In this document: positions 11,672 to 24,830 of the stretch, piece after piece | Layout: each line of letters opens with the position of its first letter | How positions within the stretch are numbered: position 1 is the first letter of the stretch | NCBI GenBank assembly: GCA_051362555.1 | Contig: CM120642.1 | Span: forward strand, 21,576,001 to 21,640,000 | Length of the DNA stretch: 64,000 bases | Direction: 5' to 3' | From: Lingula anatina | Taxonomy: Eukaryota > Animalia > Brachiopoda | The notes under the pieces: model-generated | The model's database searches: none | The model's input: the letters and a program-made list of their open reading frames with translations, nothing else | What the model was told of the DNA's origin: nothing | Position numbers and translations under genes: made by a program

Positions 11672-14600
11672 CATGATGCTGTCAGACTTGGCTGTCCAGC
11701 CATGTAGCTGGCAGATTGGGTTGTCCTGCTATTCTGATGTCAGTCTCCGTTGTCCTGCCATGTTCTGGCAGTCTCAGTTGTCCTGACATGTTGGCAGTCT
11801 CGGTTGTCCAGTCATGATGCTGGCAGACTTGGTTGTCCTGCCAGAGTTCTCGCAGATTCGACTGTCCTGTCATTCTGATGGCAGGTTCGGCTGTCCTGCC
11901 ATGAAACTGGCAGTCTATGTGGTCCTGCCATGTAGCTGGAATACATTGGTTGTCCTACCAGAGTTCTCGCAGATTCGGCTGACCTGTCATTCTGATGGCA
12001 GGTTCGGCTGTCCTGCCATGAAACTGGCAGTCTCAGTTGTCTTGCCATTTAGCTGGCAGACATTGGTTCTCCTGCCAGCGTTCTTGCAGATTCCGCTGTC
12101 CTGTCATTCTGATGGCAGGTCGGCTGTCCTGCCATGAAACTGGCAGTCTACGTGGTCCTGCCATGTTCTGGCAGTCTCGGCTGACCTGCCATGAAACAGG
12201 CAGTCTCAGTTGTCTTGCCATGTAGCTGGCAGGCATTGGTTGTCCTGCCAGCATTCTCGCAGAATCGGCTGTCCTGTCATTCTGATGGCAGGTTCGGCTG
12301 TCCTGCCATGAAACTGGCAGTCTACGTGGTCCTGCCATGTTCTGGCAGTCTACGTGGTCCTGCCATGTTCTGGCAGTCTCGGTTGTCCTGCCATGTTCTG
12401 GCAGTCTCAGTTGTCTTGCCATGTAGCTGGCAGACATTGGTTGTCCTGCCAGCGTTCTCGCAGATTCGGCTGTCCTGTCATTCTGATGGCAGGTTCGGCT
12501 GTCCTGCCATGAAACTGGCAGTCTCAGTTGTCTTGCCATGTAGCTGGCAGACATTGGTTGTCCTGCCAGCGTTCTTGCAGATTCGGCTGTCCTGTCATTC
12601 TGATGGCAGGTTCGGCTGTCCTGCCATGAAACTGGCAGTCTCAGTTGTCTTGCCATGTACCTGGCAGACATTGGTTGTCCTGCCAGCGTTCTCGCAGATT
12701 CGGCTGTCCTGTCATTCTGATGGCAGGTTCGGCTGTCCTGCCATGAAACTGGCAGTCTCAGTTGTCTTGCCATGTAGCTGGCAGACATTGGTTGTCCTGC
12801 CAGCATTCTCGCAGATTCGGCTGTCCTGTCATTCTGATGGCAGGTTCGGCTGTCCTGCCATGAAACTGGCAGTCTCAGTTGTCTTGCCATGTAGCTGGCA
12901 GACATTGGTTGTCCTGCCAGCTTTCTTGCAGATTAGGCTGTCCTGTCATTCTGATGGCAGGTCGGCTGTCCTGCCATGTAACTGGCAGTCTACAAGGTCC
13001 TGCCATGTTCTGGCAGTCTCAGCTGACCTGCCATGAAACTGGCAGTCTCAGTTGTCTTGCCATGTAGCTGGCAGACATTGGTTGTCCTGCCAGCGTTCTC
13101 GCAGATTCGGCTGTCCTGTCATTCTGATGGCAGGTTCGGCTGTCCTGCCATGAAACTGGCAGTCTACGTGGTCCTGCCATGTTCTGGCAGTCTCGGTTGT
13201 CCTGCCATGAAACTGGCAGTCTCAGTTGTCTTGCCATGTAGCTGGCAGACATTGGTTGTCCTGCCAGCGTTCTTGCAGATTCGGCTGTCCTGTCATTCTG
13301 ATGGCAGGTTCGGCTGTCCTGCCATGAAACTGGCAGTCTCAGTTGTCTTGCCATGTAGCTGGCAGACATTGGTTGTCCTGCCAGCTTTCTTGCAGATTCG
13401 GCTGTCCTGTCATTCTGATGGCAGGTCGGCTGACCTGCCATGAAACTGGCAGTCTACGAGGTCCTGCCATGTTCTGGCAGTCTCGGCTGACCTGCCATGA
13501 AACTGGCAGTCTCAGTTGTCTTGCCATGTAGCTGGCAGACATTGGTTGTCCTGCCAGCGTTCTTGCAGATTCGGCTGTCCTGTCATTCTGATGGCAGGTT
13601 CGGCTGTCCTGCCATGAAACTGGCAGTCTACGTGGTCCTGCCATGTTCTGGCAGTCTCGGTTGTCCTGCCATGAAACTGGCAGTCTCAGTTGTCTTGCCA
13701 TGTAGCTGGCAGACATTGGCTCTCCTGCCAGCGTACTTGCAGATTCGGCTGTCCTGTCATTCTGATGGCAGGTCGGCTGTCCTGCCATGTAACTGGCAGT
13801 CTACAAGGTCCTGCCATGTTCTGGCAGTCTCAGCTGACCTGCCATGAAACTGGCAGTCTCAGTTGTCTTGCCATGTAGCTGGCAGACATTGGTTGTCCTG
13901 CCAGCGTTCTCGCAGATTCGGCTGTCCTGTCATTCTGATGGCAGGTTCGGCTGTCCTGCCATGAAACTGGCAGTCTACGTGGTCCTGCCATGTTCTGGCA
14001 GTCTCGGTTGTCCTGCCATGAAACTGGCAGTCTCAGTTGTCTTGCCATGTAGCTGGCAGACATTGGTTGTCCTGCCAGCGTTCTTGCAGATTCGGCTGTC
14101 CTGTCATTCTGATGGCAGGTTCGGCTGTCCTGCCATGAAACTGGCAGTCTCAGTTGTCTTGCCATGTAGCTGGCAGACATTGGTTGTCCTGCCAGCTTTC
14201 TTGCAGATTCGGCTGTCCTGTCATTCTGATGGCAGGTCGGCTGACCTGCCATGAAACTGGCAGTCTACGAGGTCCTGCCATGTTCTGGCAGTCTCGGCTG
14301 ACCTGCCATGAAACTGGCAGTCTCAGTTGTCTTGCCATGTAGCTGGCAGACATTGGTTGTCCTGCCAGCGTTCTTGCAGATTCGGCTGTCCTGTCATTCT
14401 GATGGCAGGTTCGGCTGTCCTGCCATGAAACTGGCAGTCTACGTGGTCCTGCCATGTTCTGGCAGTCTCGGTTGTCCTGCCATGAAACTGGCAGTCTCAG
14501 TTGTCTTGCCATGTAGCTGGCAGACATTGGCTCTCCTGCCAGCGTACTTGCAGATTCGGCTGTCCTGTCATTCTGATGGCAGGTCGGCTGTCCTGCCATG

Positions 14601-17390
14601 AAACTGGCAGTCTACGTGGTCCTGCCATGTTCTGGCAGTCTCGGTTATCCTGCCATGTTCTGGCAGTCTCAGTTGTCTTGCCATGTAGCTGGCATACATT
14701 GGTTGTCCTGCCAGCGTTCTCGCAGATTCGGCTGTCCTGTCATAATGATGGCAGGTTCGGCTGACCTGCCATGAAACTGGCAGTCTACGTGGTCCTGCCA
14801 TGTTCTGGCAGTCTAGGTTGTCCTGCCATGTTCTGGCAGTCTCAGTTGTCTTGCCATGTAGCTGGCAGACATTGGTTGTCCTGCCAGCGTTCTCGCAGAT
14901 TCGGCTGTCCTGTCATTCTGATGGCAGGTTCGGCTGACCTGCCATGAAACTGGTAGTCTACGTGGTCCTGCCATGTTCTGGCAGTCTCGGTTGTCCTGCC
15001 ATGTTCTGGCAGTCTCAGTTGTCTTGCCATGTAGCTGGCAGACATTGGTTGTCCTGCCAGCGTTCTCGCAGATTCGGCTGTCCTGTCATTCTGATGGCAG
15101 GTTCGGCTGACCTGCCATGAAACTGGTAGTCTACGTGGTCCTGCCATGTTCTGGCAGTCTCGGTTGTCCTGCCATGTTCTGGCAGTCTCAGTTGTCTTGC
15201 CCTGTTGCTGGCAGACATTGGTTGTCCTGCCAGCGTTCTCGCAGATTCGGCTGTCCTGTCATTCTGATGGCAGGTTCGGCTGTCCTGCCATGAAACTGGC
15301 AGTCTACGTGGTCCTGCCATGTTCTGGCAGTCTCGGTTATCCTGCCATGTTCTGGCAGTCTCAGTTGTCTTGCCATGTAGCTGGCATACATTGGTTGTCC
15401 TGCCAGCGTTCTCGCAGATTCGGCTGTCCTGTCATAATGATGGCAGGTTCGGCTGACCTGCCATGAAACTGGCAGTCTACGTGGTCCTGCCATGTTCTGG
15501 CAGTCTAGGTTGTCCTGCCATGTTCTGGCAGTCTCAGTTGTCTTGCCATGTAGCTGGCAGACATTGGTTGTCCTGCCAGCGTTCTCGCAGATTCGGCTGT
15601 CCTGTCATTCTGATGGTAGGTTCGGCTGACCTGCCATGAAACTGGCAGTCTACGTGGTCCTGCCATGTTCTGGCAGTCTCGGTTGTCCTGCCATGTTCTG
15701 GCAGTCTCAGTTGTCTTGCCATGTAGCTGGCAGACATTGGTTGTCCTGCCAGCGTTCTCGCAGATTCGGCTGTCCTGTCATTCTGATGGCAGGTTCGGCT
15801 GACCTGCCATGAAACTGGCAGTCTACGTGGTCCTGCCATGTTCTGGCAGTCTCGGTTGTCCTGCCATGTTCTGGCAGTCTCAGTTGTCTTGCCATGTAGC
15901 TGGCAGACATTGGTTGTCCTGCCAGCGTTCTCGCAGATTCAGATGTCCTGTCATTCTGATGACAGGTTTGGCTGTCCTGCTATGAAACTGGCAGTTTTGG
16001 TGGTCCTCCCATGTTCTGGCAGTCTCGGTTGTCCTGCCATGTTCTTGCAGTCTCGGTTGTCCTGCCATCATTTTGGCAGTCTTGGCTGTCCTGCCATTAA
16101 GCTGCAGTGTTGGTTGCCTTTCCATTTTCTGGCAGTTTCAATTGTCTGCCCGTGCTTTGATAGACTTGATTGACCTGTCAAGGTGCTGGCAGAATTGGTT
16201 GTCCATTCATGATGCTGGTAAGGTTGTTTGTTCTGCCATGATACTGGCAGTCTCAGTTGTCCTGCCATGTTATTGGCAGTTAAGGTCATCCTGCCATGAT
16301 GCTGGCAGTCCTGGTTGTCCTGCCATGACATTGGAAGTCATGGTAGTCCTGCCATGACATTGGCAGTCCCGGTCGTCCCGCCATGACACTGGCAGTCTCG
16401 GTCGTCCTGCCATGACACTGGCAGTCTCGGTCGTCCTGCCATGACACTGGCAGTCTCGGTCGTCCTGCCATGACACTGGCAGTCCCGGTCGTCCTGCCAT
16501 GACACTGGCAGTCCCGGTCGTCCTGCTATGACATTGGCAGTCTCGGTTGTCCTGCCATGACATTGGCAGTCTCGGTTGTCCTGCCATGACACTGGCAGTC
16601 CCGGTTGTCCTGCCATGACACTGGCAGTCCCGGTTGTCCTGCCATGACACTGGCAGTCCCGGTCGTCCTGCCATGACACTGGCAGTCTCGGTTGTCCTGC
16701 CATGACATTGGCAGTCTCGGTTGTCCTGCCATGACATTGGCAGTCCCGGTTGTCCTGCCATGACATTGGCAGTCTCGGTCGTCCTGCCATGACATTGGCA
16801 GTCCCGGTCGTCCTGCCATGACATTGGCAGTCCCGGTCGTCCTGCCATGACATTGGCAGTCTCGGTCGTCCTGCCATGACATTGGCAGTCTCGGTCGTCC
16901 TGCCATGACATTGGCAGTCCCGGTCGTCCTGCCATGACATTGGCAGTCCCGGTCGTCCTGCCATGACAGTGGCAGTCCCGGTCGTCCTGCCATGACATTG
17001 GCAGTCTGGGTCGTCCTGCCATGACATTGGCAGTCTGGGTCGTCCTGCCATGACATTGGCAGTCTGGGTCGTCCTGCCATGTTCTGGCAGTCTCGGTGGT
17101 CCTGCCATGTGTTGGCAGTCTCGGTGGTCCTGCCATGTTCTGGCAGTCTCGGTGGTCCTGCCATGTTCTGGCAGTCTCGGTGGTCCTGCCATGTTCTGGC
17201 AGTCTCGATGGTCCTGTCATGTTCTGGCAGTCTCGGTGGTCCTGCCATGTTCTGGCAGTCTCGGTGGTCCTGCCATGTTCTGGCAGTCACGGTGGTCCTG
17301 CCATGTTCTGGCAGTCTCGGCTGTCCTGCTATGATGATGGCAGTATTTGTGGTTCTCCTATGAAGCCGTTAGTCTCGGCTGCCCTCCCTT
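11672..17390. repeat. 5.7-kb satellite of 28/29-bp monomers with higher-order repeats (117, 173, 692, 811 bp)
   Basis: Monomers ctgccatgacattggcagtctcggtcgtc (29) and ctgccatgttctggcagtctcggtggtc (28). Periods read from ORF-track offsets: 39-aa repeat = 117 bp; 13019/13830 and 13339/14150 = 811 bp; 14842/15015/15188 = 173 bp. Confidence 0.97.
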
Positions 17391-17399
17391 GATGCTATG

Positions 17400-17635
17400 T
17401 TAAGTCCAATCCTATTCTCATTATTATACATGTAACCTGTAGAAAATATCATACTTTAACATGGTCTGAACACTGTCATTTTTGCAGCTGACATACAAGT
17501 TTATGTTACATGCAAGAGCAACCAGTCTGCAACAATCACTCCTATGGAGGATTGTCTTGCAGAGTTTTCGAGTAATGGATGAAAGTGAACATGTTGGCTT
17601 TAAATGATACTAAGGTCGAGTTGATATGGTTTACA
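17400..17635 (+). pseudogene. Decayed reverse transcriptase fragment of an L2/CR1-group LINE
   Basis: Reads SPILFSLLYM*PVENIIL*HGLNTVIFAADIQVY...MEDCLAEFS, frameshift, WMKVNMLALNDTKVELIWF. These are degenerate GPxLF / YADDxQxY / WMxxNxLxLNxxKTE motifs. Confidence 0.75.
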
Positions 17636-17636
17636 T

Positions 17637-18063
17637 CTACCCTCGCCCAGGGCCGCAGTTATTATTGTGGACATATTTGCTGAGGCGACCCTGTTATGTT
17701 TGGCCAGGAGGAAACAATTAATTCTGCACGCAGGCAGAAGGCTTTGTACTTGCTCTGCAGGACCTCAATGAGAGCTGGGCTTTGCGCCAATATGATTAAC
17801 ACTTGTTATGCAACCTGCCTTGTCTTGTCTGTCTGTTAAAGGGCTGTTTTATTGTCACAGATGAGAAATTCACTATCTTGATTACTGTCAAGGGGACTTT
17901 GCAGGGACTTGCTAAGTGACCATGCCTGAGTAGTTATGCAAACATTTACAAGCCATGTAATCATCCTTGAGATTTCAGTACAGGGTGACATCAGACCAAA
18001 ATGATCGTCTACTTATCTAGAGACGTATCTGTGAATATCTGTGGAAAATCAATCTGTTGCCCT
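17637..18063 (+). mobile_element. Longer member of the MITE family at 40649-40791, right TIR cut off by the hAT element
   Basis: Starts ctaccctcgcccagggccgcagtt (compare cttccctctaccaaggccgcagtt) and ends gaatatctgtggaaaatcaatctgttgccct (compare gaatatctagtgaaaaatcaatctatggccct|ggtagaggg). Confidence 0.65.
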
Positions 18064-18439
18064 CAGTGTTCATTTTAGGATGCGCCCTTGCGTCATTGGC
18101 GCAGAAAAAATTAGGTTGACGCAATTCCTAGAGTGAGCTGCGCCAACAAAATTCAAGAGAATTAACAGCGGCGCATTTTTGTGTTCTAAACGCGCCCTCC
18201 AATTTGGCAAATTCACGACCGAAGTTTGATTGTTTACTCGACATCTCTTGACATCAAGATCTTATGTTCGACGTAATGAAGATATTCTTTGCTCGTCGCA
18301 GTTTTTAACAAATATCTTAATTTATGCTGACCTCATGATTTTTATGCAAATCAGTGGCGATCGCCCCTCCTTTGTTGAATCCCTGATAGGCTGAGATTAA
18401 TTGTCCATGTAAATCAATTGATCAACCCGTACATTGTAC

Positions 18440-21400
18440 ATGATGGCGGAGAAGAAGCAAAGTGTTATTTTAAGTTTTTTTAAGAAAGTCGATCCCAAAG
18501 ATCACCCTAAAACGGATCAGAATAGTAGCGACGGAGACAATGATCATACACAGCAGACATTTCCACCGGAGAAGAGAGCTAAAGTAGATGTATGTGCTGC
18601 TGTCACGACTTCTGATACCGTGTCAACTAGCAATGCAACTTGAAGGTCATTCCAAAAAAAGTGGAGAGATACTTACAAGTGGCTTGTATACGACAATAAC
18701 GCGAACTTGATGTATTGCAGCTGATGTGTTGAAAAAAAGAAGGACAATATATTTTTTCAAGGGACTAATAACTTTCGAACCAGTACCCTTATGCGCCATG
18801 AGACATCTAATGACCACAAGCTTGCCATACAAGAAACGTCGGAATCAGCTCAAGCTAAACAGGCTTTTTGCAGAGCTTTAGAAGGTAAGATATTATTTTT
18901 GGTCAATATTTATTTGTAACACGGAGCATGAGCCAGCAAAGTGACACTAGTGTACGTTGTTGATTATCGTGACGGTCCCGGACCCACGTGTTGTAGTTTT
19001 ATTTGTGTAGGTTGAAGAACTCTCGAAAGTGCATTCTGGGATATCGCAATGCTGAACAACTATGTAAACAATGCGTTTGCTGCGTAGCATTGACACAGGG
19101 CGTTACGCTCATGTTTTTTCCCTGAACATTATTTTTTGTATATATATAGATAAAATTTTCACATTCATTTTTATGTACAGACACAGATGTGTCTGTACAT
19201 ATTGCCATCACCTGCGTCTGTCGTCGCCGATCATGTCGCCGTCGCCGTCGCCGTGCACTTTCAGCGTTAACACGATAAGTGGAGGGCAGTTTTACTTTTT
19301 GGCTTTATATTTACAGAGCTGACTAATATTCATAAAACGCAGGTCAAGTTCGAAAATCATCATAATCAGGCCATTATTGTAGAATTTATGCTGTTTTTTC
19401 ACTTTTTAGTATATATGCAATACTGTTAACACATTTCAAGGAAAACTGATAGGCCTGTTGTCATGAAACTCACAGGAGTAATCAATCTTACTAAAACGCA
19501 GATCAAGTTCGAAAATCGGCATGATCGGGCCACTATTTTTTCATTTTTCAGCATATATGCAACACTGTAAACACAATATAAGAAAAACAGATGGGCCAAT
19601 TGTCATTAAACTCACAGGAGTGGTCAATCTTACTAAAACGCAGGTTGAGTTCAAAAATCAGCATAATCGGGCCATTATTTTATAAGTTATGCTTTTTTTT
19701 TCACATTTCCTCAGATTCAATTCTTAGGCATGTTAACAGTCTCATTATTTAACTAATAAGATTCGTAAAAGTGTTTGTTTGACATTTCCTGCAGCTTTAC
19801 AACATTGTTAGTTGATTATATAAAAATGATGGTAAACTTGTTATCATGTATTGTATAATAGAGTTTCAAAAATGGAAATAAACTCATATCATTGCATTTT
19901 GTCAGATTCATTCATTCACTATGTTCAGAAACTCAGAATGGAGGAAATTGGACATTAAACACTGTTCTATTGATATTTTTCCCATCTCATCTATTTTCTT
20001 AGTTGATCATATATAAATGGCAGTAAATTGTTAATTTTGTTATATGTTAAAAAATTGTTAAAAATGGAAAAAAACACATTTCAGAACAGTGCTGTCTTGT
20101 CTACATTTTGGCATTTTCAGGTTGTGACTTTGAAGTTCCTTGGGCCTGAAGACCTTTGCTAAGAACATTTTCTGAATATCCATGATACTAATATTTTATT
20201 ATTAAAAATTGATGGTAATTATCCTGTTAAACATTATGTAATATTGCATCAAAATTTGAAGACACCCCTATTTTGGACACTGCTCCCATGATGGCCATTT
20301 AAGGAAAACCATGTCACTTACTGTTCTCAAACTTACAGGAAGAAACATGGGACTTAAATAAAGCTTCAGTGGGCAATGCAGTCTATTTGGTAAATTTTTT
20401 TGGCAGTTATACTGTTTTTTGTTTTTTTGTTTTTTTTTTGTGAAAATTTAATTTTTCACATATTGGCATTTTCAAGGTGTGACGTAAGAACCTCCACGAG
20501 CTTGAAGACCCATGCTAATCACATTTTCTGAAAATCCATGATACCGATTTTTTATTATTAAAAACTGATGGTCATTATGCTGTTAAGCATTATGTAATAT
20601 TGCATTAAAATAGAAGAAAACACAATTTTGGGTGCTGCTGCCATGATGACCATTATGGGAAAACCATGTTACTTATGATTGTCAAACTTTCAAAAAAGAA
20701 ACAAAGGACTAAAATGCAGCCTGAGCTGGAAAAGCAGTCTAATTGGCTTCTTTTTTTGGAAGTTATACATTTTAGTGAAATATTCATTTTTATCATGTTG
20801 GCATATTCATTGTGGGACTCTAAGCTCCCATGGACATGAAGCCAAATTGTAAGCAAATTTTCTACATGTCCATGCTATTTATAGTCAATAATCAAAAATT
20901 GGTGATAATTATTCTGTAATTTATTATGTAATGTTACATCAAAATTGACAAAAATCTTTTTGCACTGCTACTACAAACATTATGAAAAGAAAACTGTGTT
21001 ACTTATTATTATTTTCAACTTACAAGTCTGATTTGTAGGATTGGCATGCAGTTCAAATAAGAAAGCCAGCTCAAGTGGGTTATCATTTATTATTGAATTT
21101 AAGCAGTTTTATGTGAAATTTTCATATTTCTCATTCTGGCATTTTCAAAGTGTGAACTTAAACTCCCATGGGCCTGAAGCCTTATGCTTGTTACACATTT
21201 CACTTACATTGGTATTACCTGTTGAGCATAATTAAAATTTGATGTTGAATTTGCAGTTACACATAATGTACTTTTGCATCAGAATTGACAGTAGCCTGTT
21301 TTGTGCATTGTTATTGTCTGCTTTTTGTCTGTACATTTGACAGCTTTGCTGCCTTGTTCATAATTTTAGTGTGTCGAGAGATTTGGTCTCTGTTCATGGT

Positions 21401-23034
21401 GATTAAGGGAAAAATAAAGTAAGGGATTGTGTGCTGGAGTAATGTTTGCAGGTACCTTCAACACTATTTAACATTTTATGCAGGTTATAATGTCCAAATT
21501 CAAATTTAAAGTAACGCTTATAAAACATTTTTAGGTAAAGATGGAGCAATCATGTCAGCAATGAAGTCCGTGTACTGGCTAGTTCAAGAGGGCATAGCAT
21601 TTCGAAAGTTTGGAAGCCTAATAGAGTTGCTACGGCACCTGGATTGCCCCAACCTTTCATACTTAGACCAAGGAGACAATGCAAAGTATAATTCTCATAC
21701 AGCAGGGTGGGATATGGTTGCTGCTATTGCTGCCACAGTTGAGGAAGACTTGCTTCAGAAAATGAAGTCTTCACCATTTCTAACAATACTAGCAGATGAG
21801 AGCACTGATATAACAGTAACAAAAAAGTTGGTTATATGTGTCAGACTTTTAGATGATAACTTTGTTCCTTCTACCCACTTTGTAGCCGACATAAATGTCA
21901 CAGATGGCAAGGGTGCCACAGTTGCAGCAGCTATCAAAGACCATCTTAAATCAAAGGAGATCCCCCTTAGTAAGATATATGGTTTTGGTTCTGATGGTGC
22001 AGCGAGCATGACCAGCATGGGAAATGGAGTTGCAGGCAGACTGCTTGCTGAAAATCCTGCGATGGTTCACATACACTGTATTGCCCACAGATTGGCTTTA
22101 TGTACTAGCCAGGCAGCAAATGCTATAGACTATATGAAGGACTATCAATCAACTATTACCAGTATATTTTATTACTTTAAAGCATCATCTGTCAGGGTAA
22201 ACAGAATCACAGCTATTCAGGAGCTGCTGGATGAACCTATTTTAAAGTGCAATGAAGTCCATGAGGTTCGATGGTTGCCCTACTACAAAGCAATAGAAAC
22301 AATCTACAGGACTTATGGGTCATAAGTGTCCTATATGTCTGAAATGGGGGCAAGTGATGCCAAGGCAAAAGGTTTTGCAAAGAAACTTTCACAATTCAGT
22401 TTTGTTTTTGTCACCCATATGCTTTTGTCCATCCTCAGCATTGTCACAGAGCTATGTTTACTCTTCCAAAAGAAAGATCTTGACCCAGCCTTGGTGGATG
22501 TTAATGTGAAGCATGCATTGAGAGAACTGCAAAAGCACAGGGACCATGCCACAAGTAGTGAAGGGTTGTCTGGTAAACCTGGCAGCTACATCGAGGAATT
22601 TCTCCTGAAGGTGGGAACAGGTCAATGTAAATTCTTCAGGGACCACCTTCTGACTTGTTGTGCTAATTATGAAAAACAATGCAAGGCAATTTAGTGTCAA
22701 TTTATTGACAATCTCATTAACAACATAAATGCCAGATTTCCCCAGGATCACTTGGATATGGTAACAGCATTTGGGTATTTGAGCATGAGACCACTAAGCT
22801 TTTTGTCTGAGTCAGAAAGAGAAAATTTGGGTTAAGTCCCTATACAGAAACTTGCTAGCCATTATGGTAACATTATTGAACATCATGGGTCCAAATCAGT
22901 GCCAATAATAATTGAAAAACAAGGTATGAGTGAATGGTCTAAACTTGAAGAATTGGTTTTCAGAATGGGGTATGCGAGAGATGCCACCTGCAAACTGTGG
23001 AGCATTATCAAAACACACCATAGTGAAGACTTTC
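18440..23034 (+). pseudogene. ZNF862-like hAT transposase pseudogene, 2 exons (18440-18884, 21535-~23034)
   Basis: Exon 1 has a TTF-type zinc finger (FQKKWRDTYKWLVY..MYCS*C..FFQGTNNFRTSTLMRHETSNDH). A phase-1 GT-AG intron (18885-21534) joins in frame. Exon 2 has ADESTD, GFGSDGAASM, HCIAHRLAL and EVRW. In-frame stops at 18641, 18722, 22323, 22692 and 22833; C-terminal dimerisation region absent. Confidence 0.88.
19170..21358 (+). mobile_element. Helentron-type non-autonomous element, family 2, copy A (inside the hAT transposase intron)
   Basis: 5' T-run, palindromic tgtacagacacagatgtgtctgtaca, (gtcgcc)n microsatellite, ~160-bp internal repeats, then 3' subTIR tgtctgtacat, hairpin cagc-ttt-gctg and ttgtt. 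Confidence 0.82.
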
Positions 23035-23359
23035 TAGGTAGTTATCCTCAATGAAAATGGCACTGTGTGGGGAAGCATGTATCTGAAGTGTGTAAATCAG
23101 CATCTTATGCACATTGGAAAAGTAAGAAAAGTGTTTTATAACAGAACCACTGAAAAATTAGTAAATACATTTTAAAAAATCATCAAGATAAGATTACTGC
23201 AAGTCTCCTCTTTGGTACATGTGACTATCAGATTAAAAAAATTAATTACAAGTTATTCAAAACTCGGCTGCAAAACTGGTTTGTCAAATAAAGTGCAACA
23301 GTGCACATCATATAACTCCCATTCTGAAAGGATTACAATGGCTGCCATTGAAGCCATCC

Positions 23360-23500
23360 AGCTAGCAGTCTCGGTTGTCCCGCTATGTTCTGGAAGTTTC
23401 AGTTGTCCTGCCATGATGCTGGCAGTCACACTTGTCTTGCCATGTTTTGGCAGTCTGGGTTGTCCTGCCATGCTGCTTGCAGTCTTGGTTATCCTGTGAT
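23360..23500. repeat. Degenerate copies of the 29-bp satellite monomer
   Basis: gcagtctcggttgtcccgctatgttctgg, gttgtcctgccatgatgctggcagtc and similar. Confidence 0.8.
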
Positions 23501-23535
23501 GCTCAAATTAGAAAACCAGTTCTATAGGATTATCT

Positions 23536-24830
23536 TTTTATGTACAGACACAGATGTGTCTGTACATATTGCCATCACCTGCGTCTGTCGTCGCCGTCGC
23601 CGATGCCGATGCCGTCGCCGATGCCGGCGCCGTGCACTTTCAGCGTTAACACGATAAGTGGAAGAAAGTTTTACTATTTGGCTTTATATTTACAGAGCTG
23701 ATGAATATTCATAAAACCCAGGTCAAGTTCGAAAATCAGCATGATCGAGCCATTATTGTAGAAGTTATGCTGTTTTTTCACTTTTCAGCATATATACAAC
23801 ACTGTTAACACATTTCAAGGAAAACCGATAGGCCTGTTGTCATGAAACTCACAGGAGCAATCAATCTTACTAAAACGCAGGTCAAGTTCGAAAATCGGCA
23901 CGATCGGGCCACTATTTTAGTAGTTATGTTGTTTTTTCACTTTTTAGCATATATGCAACACTGTAAACACAATATAAGAAAAACAGATAGGCCAATTGTC
24001 ATTTAAACTCACAGGAGTGGTCATTCTTACTAAAATGCAGGTTGAGTTTGAAAATTAGCATAATTGGGCCATTATTTTAGAAGTTATGCTGTTTTTTCAC
24101 ATTTCCTTAGATTCAGTTCTTAGGCATGTTAACAGTTTCATTATTTAATTAATAAGAAATGTAAAAGTGTTTGTTTGACATTTTCTGCATCTTTACAACA
24201 TTGTTAGTTGATTTCGTAAAAATGATGGTAAACTTGTTATGGTGTATTGTGTAATAAAGTGTCAAAAATGGAATTAAACTCATATCATTGCAGTTTGTCA
24301 GATTCAATTATTCAGTATGTTTAGAAACTCAGAATGGAAGAAATTGGACATTTAACACTATTCTATTAATATTTTTCCCATCTCATCAATTTTCTTAGTT
24401 GATCATATATAAATGGCAGTAAATTGTTAATTTTGTTATATGTTAAAAAATTGTTAAAAATGGAAAAAAACACATTTCAGGACAGTGCTGTCTTGTCTAC
24501 ATTTTGGCATATTCAAGGTGTGACTTTGAAGTTCCTTGGGCCTGAAGACCTTTGCTAGGAACATTTTCTGAATGTCCATGATACTAATATTTTATTATTA
24601 AAAATTGATGGTAATTATCCTGTTAAACATTATGTAATATTGCATCAAAATTTGAAGACACCCCTATTTTGGACACTGCTCCCATGATGACCATTTAAGG
24701 AAAACCATGTCACTTACTGTTCTCAAACTTACAGCAAGAAACATGGGACTTAAATAAAGCTTCAGTGGGCAATGCAGTCTATTTGGTAAATTTTTTTGGC
24801 AGTTAATCAGTTTTTTGTGAAAGTTTAATT
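23536..24830 (+). mobile_element. Helentron-type family 2, copy B (interrupted by copy C)
   Basis: Same 5' structure; internal repeats at 23713, 23872, 24032; colinear with copy A until a T-run where copy C starts. Confidence 0.8.

Larger units (their letters stand above)
18064..23035 (+). mobile_element. hAT-superfamily transposon remnant, 3'-truncated
   Basis: Probable left end cagtgttcattttagg lies exactly where the preceding MITE breaks off. Contains the transposase pseudogene; no right TIR found. Confidence 0.6.

Noticed and set aside
11672-17390. CRISPR-like array of 28/29-bp palindromic repeats
   Set aside because: No unique spacers (monomers abut directly), eukaryotic context, and no cas genes.
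11682-17392. Many 60-316 aa ORFs on both strands
   Set aside because: They are translations of the stop-poor satellite, open in several frames at once, with no domain or splice context.
21552-22694. Functional ZNF862 host gene
   Set aside because: Five in-frame stops, missing C-terminus, and transposon context.
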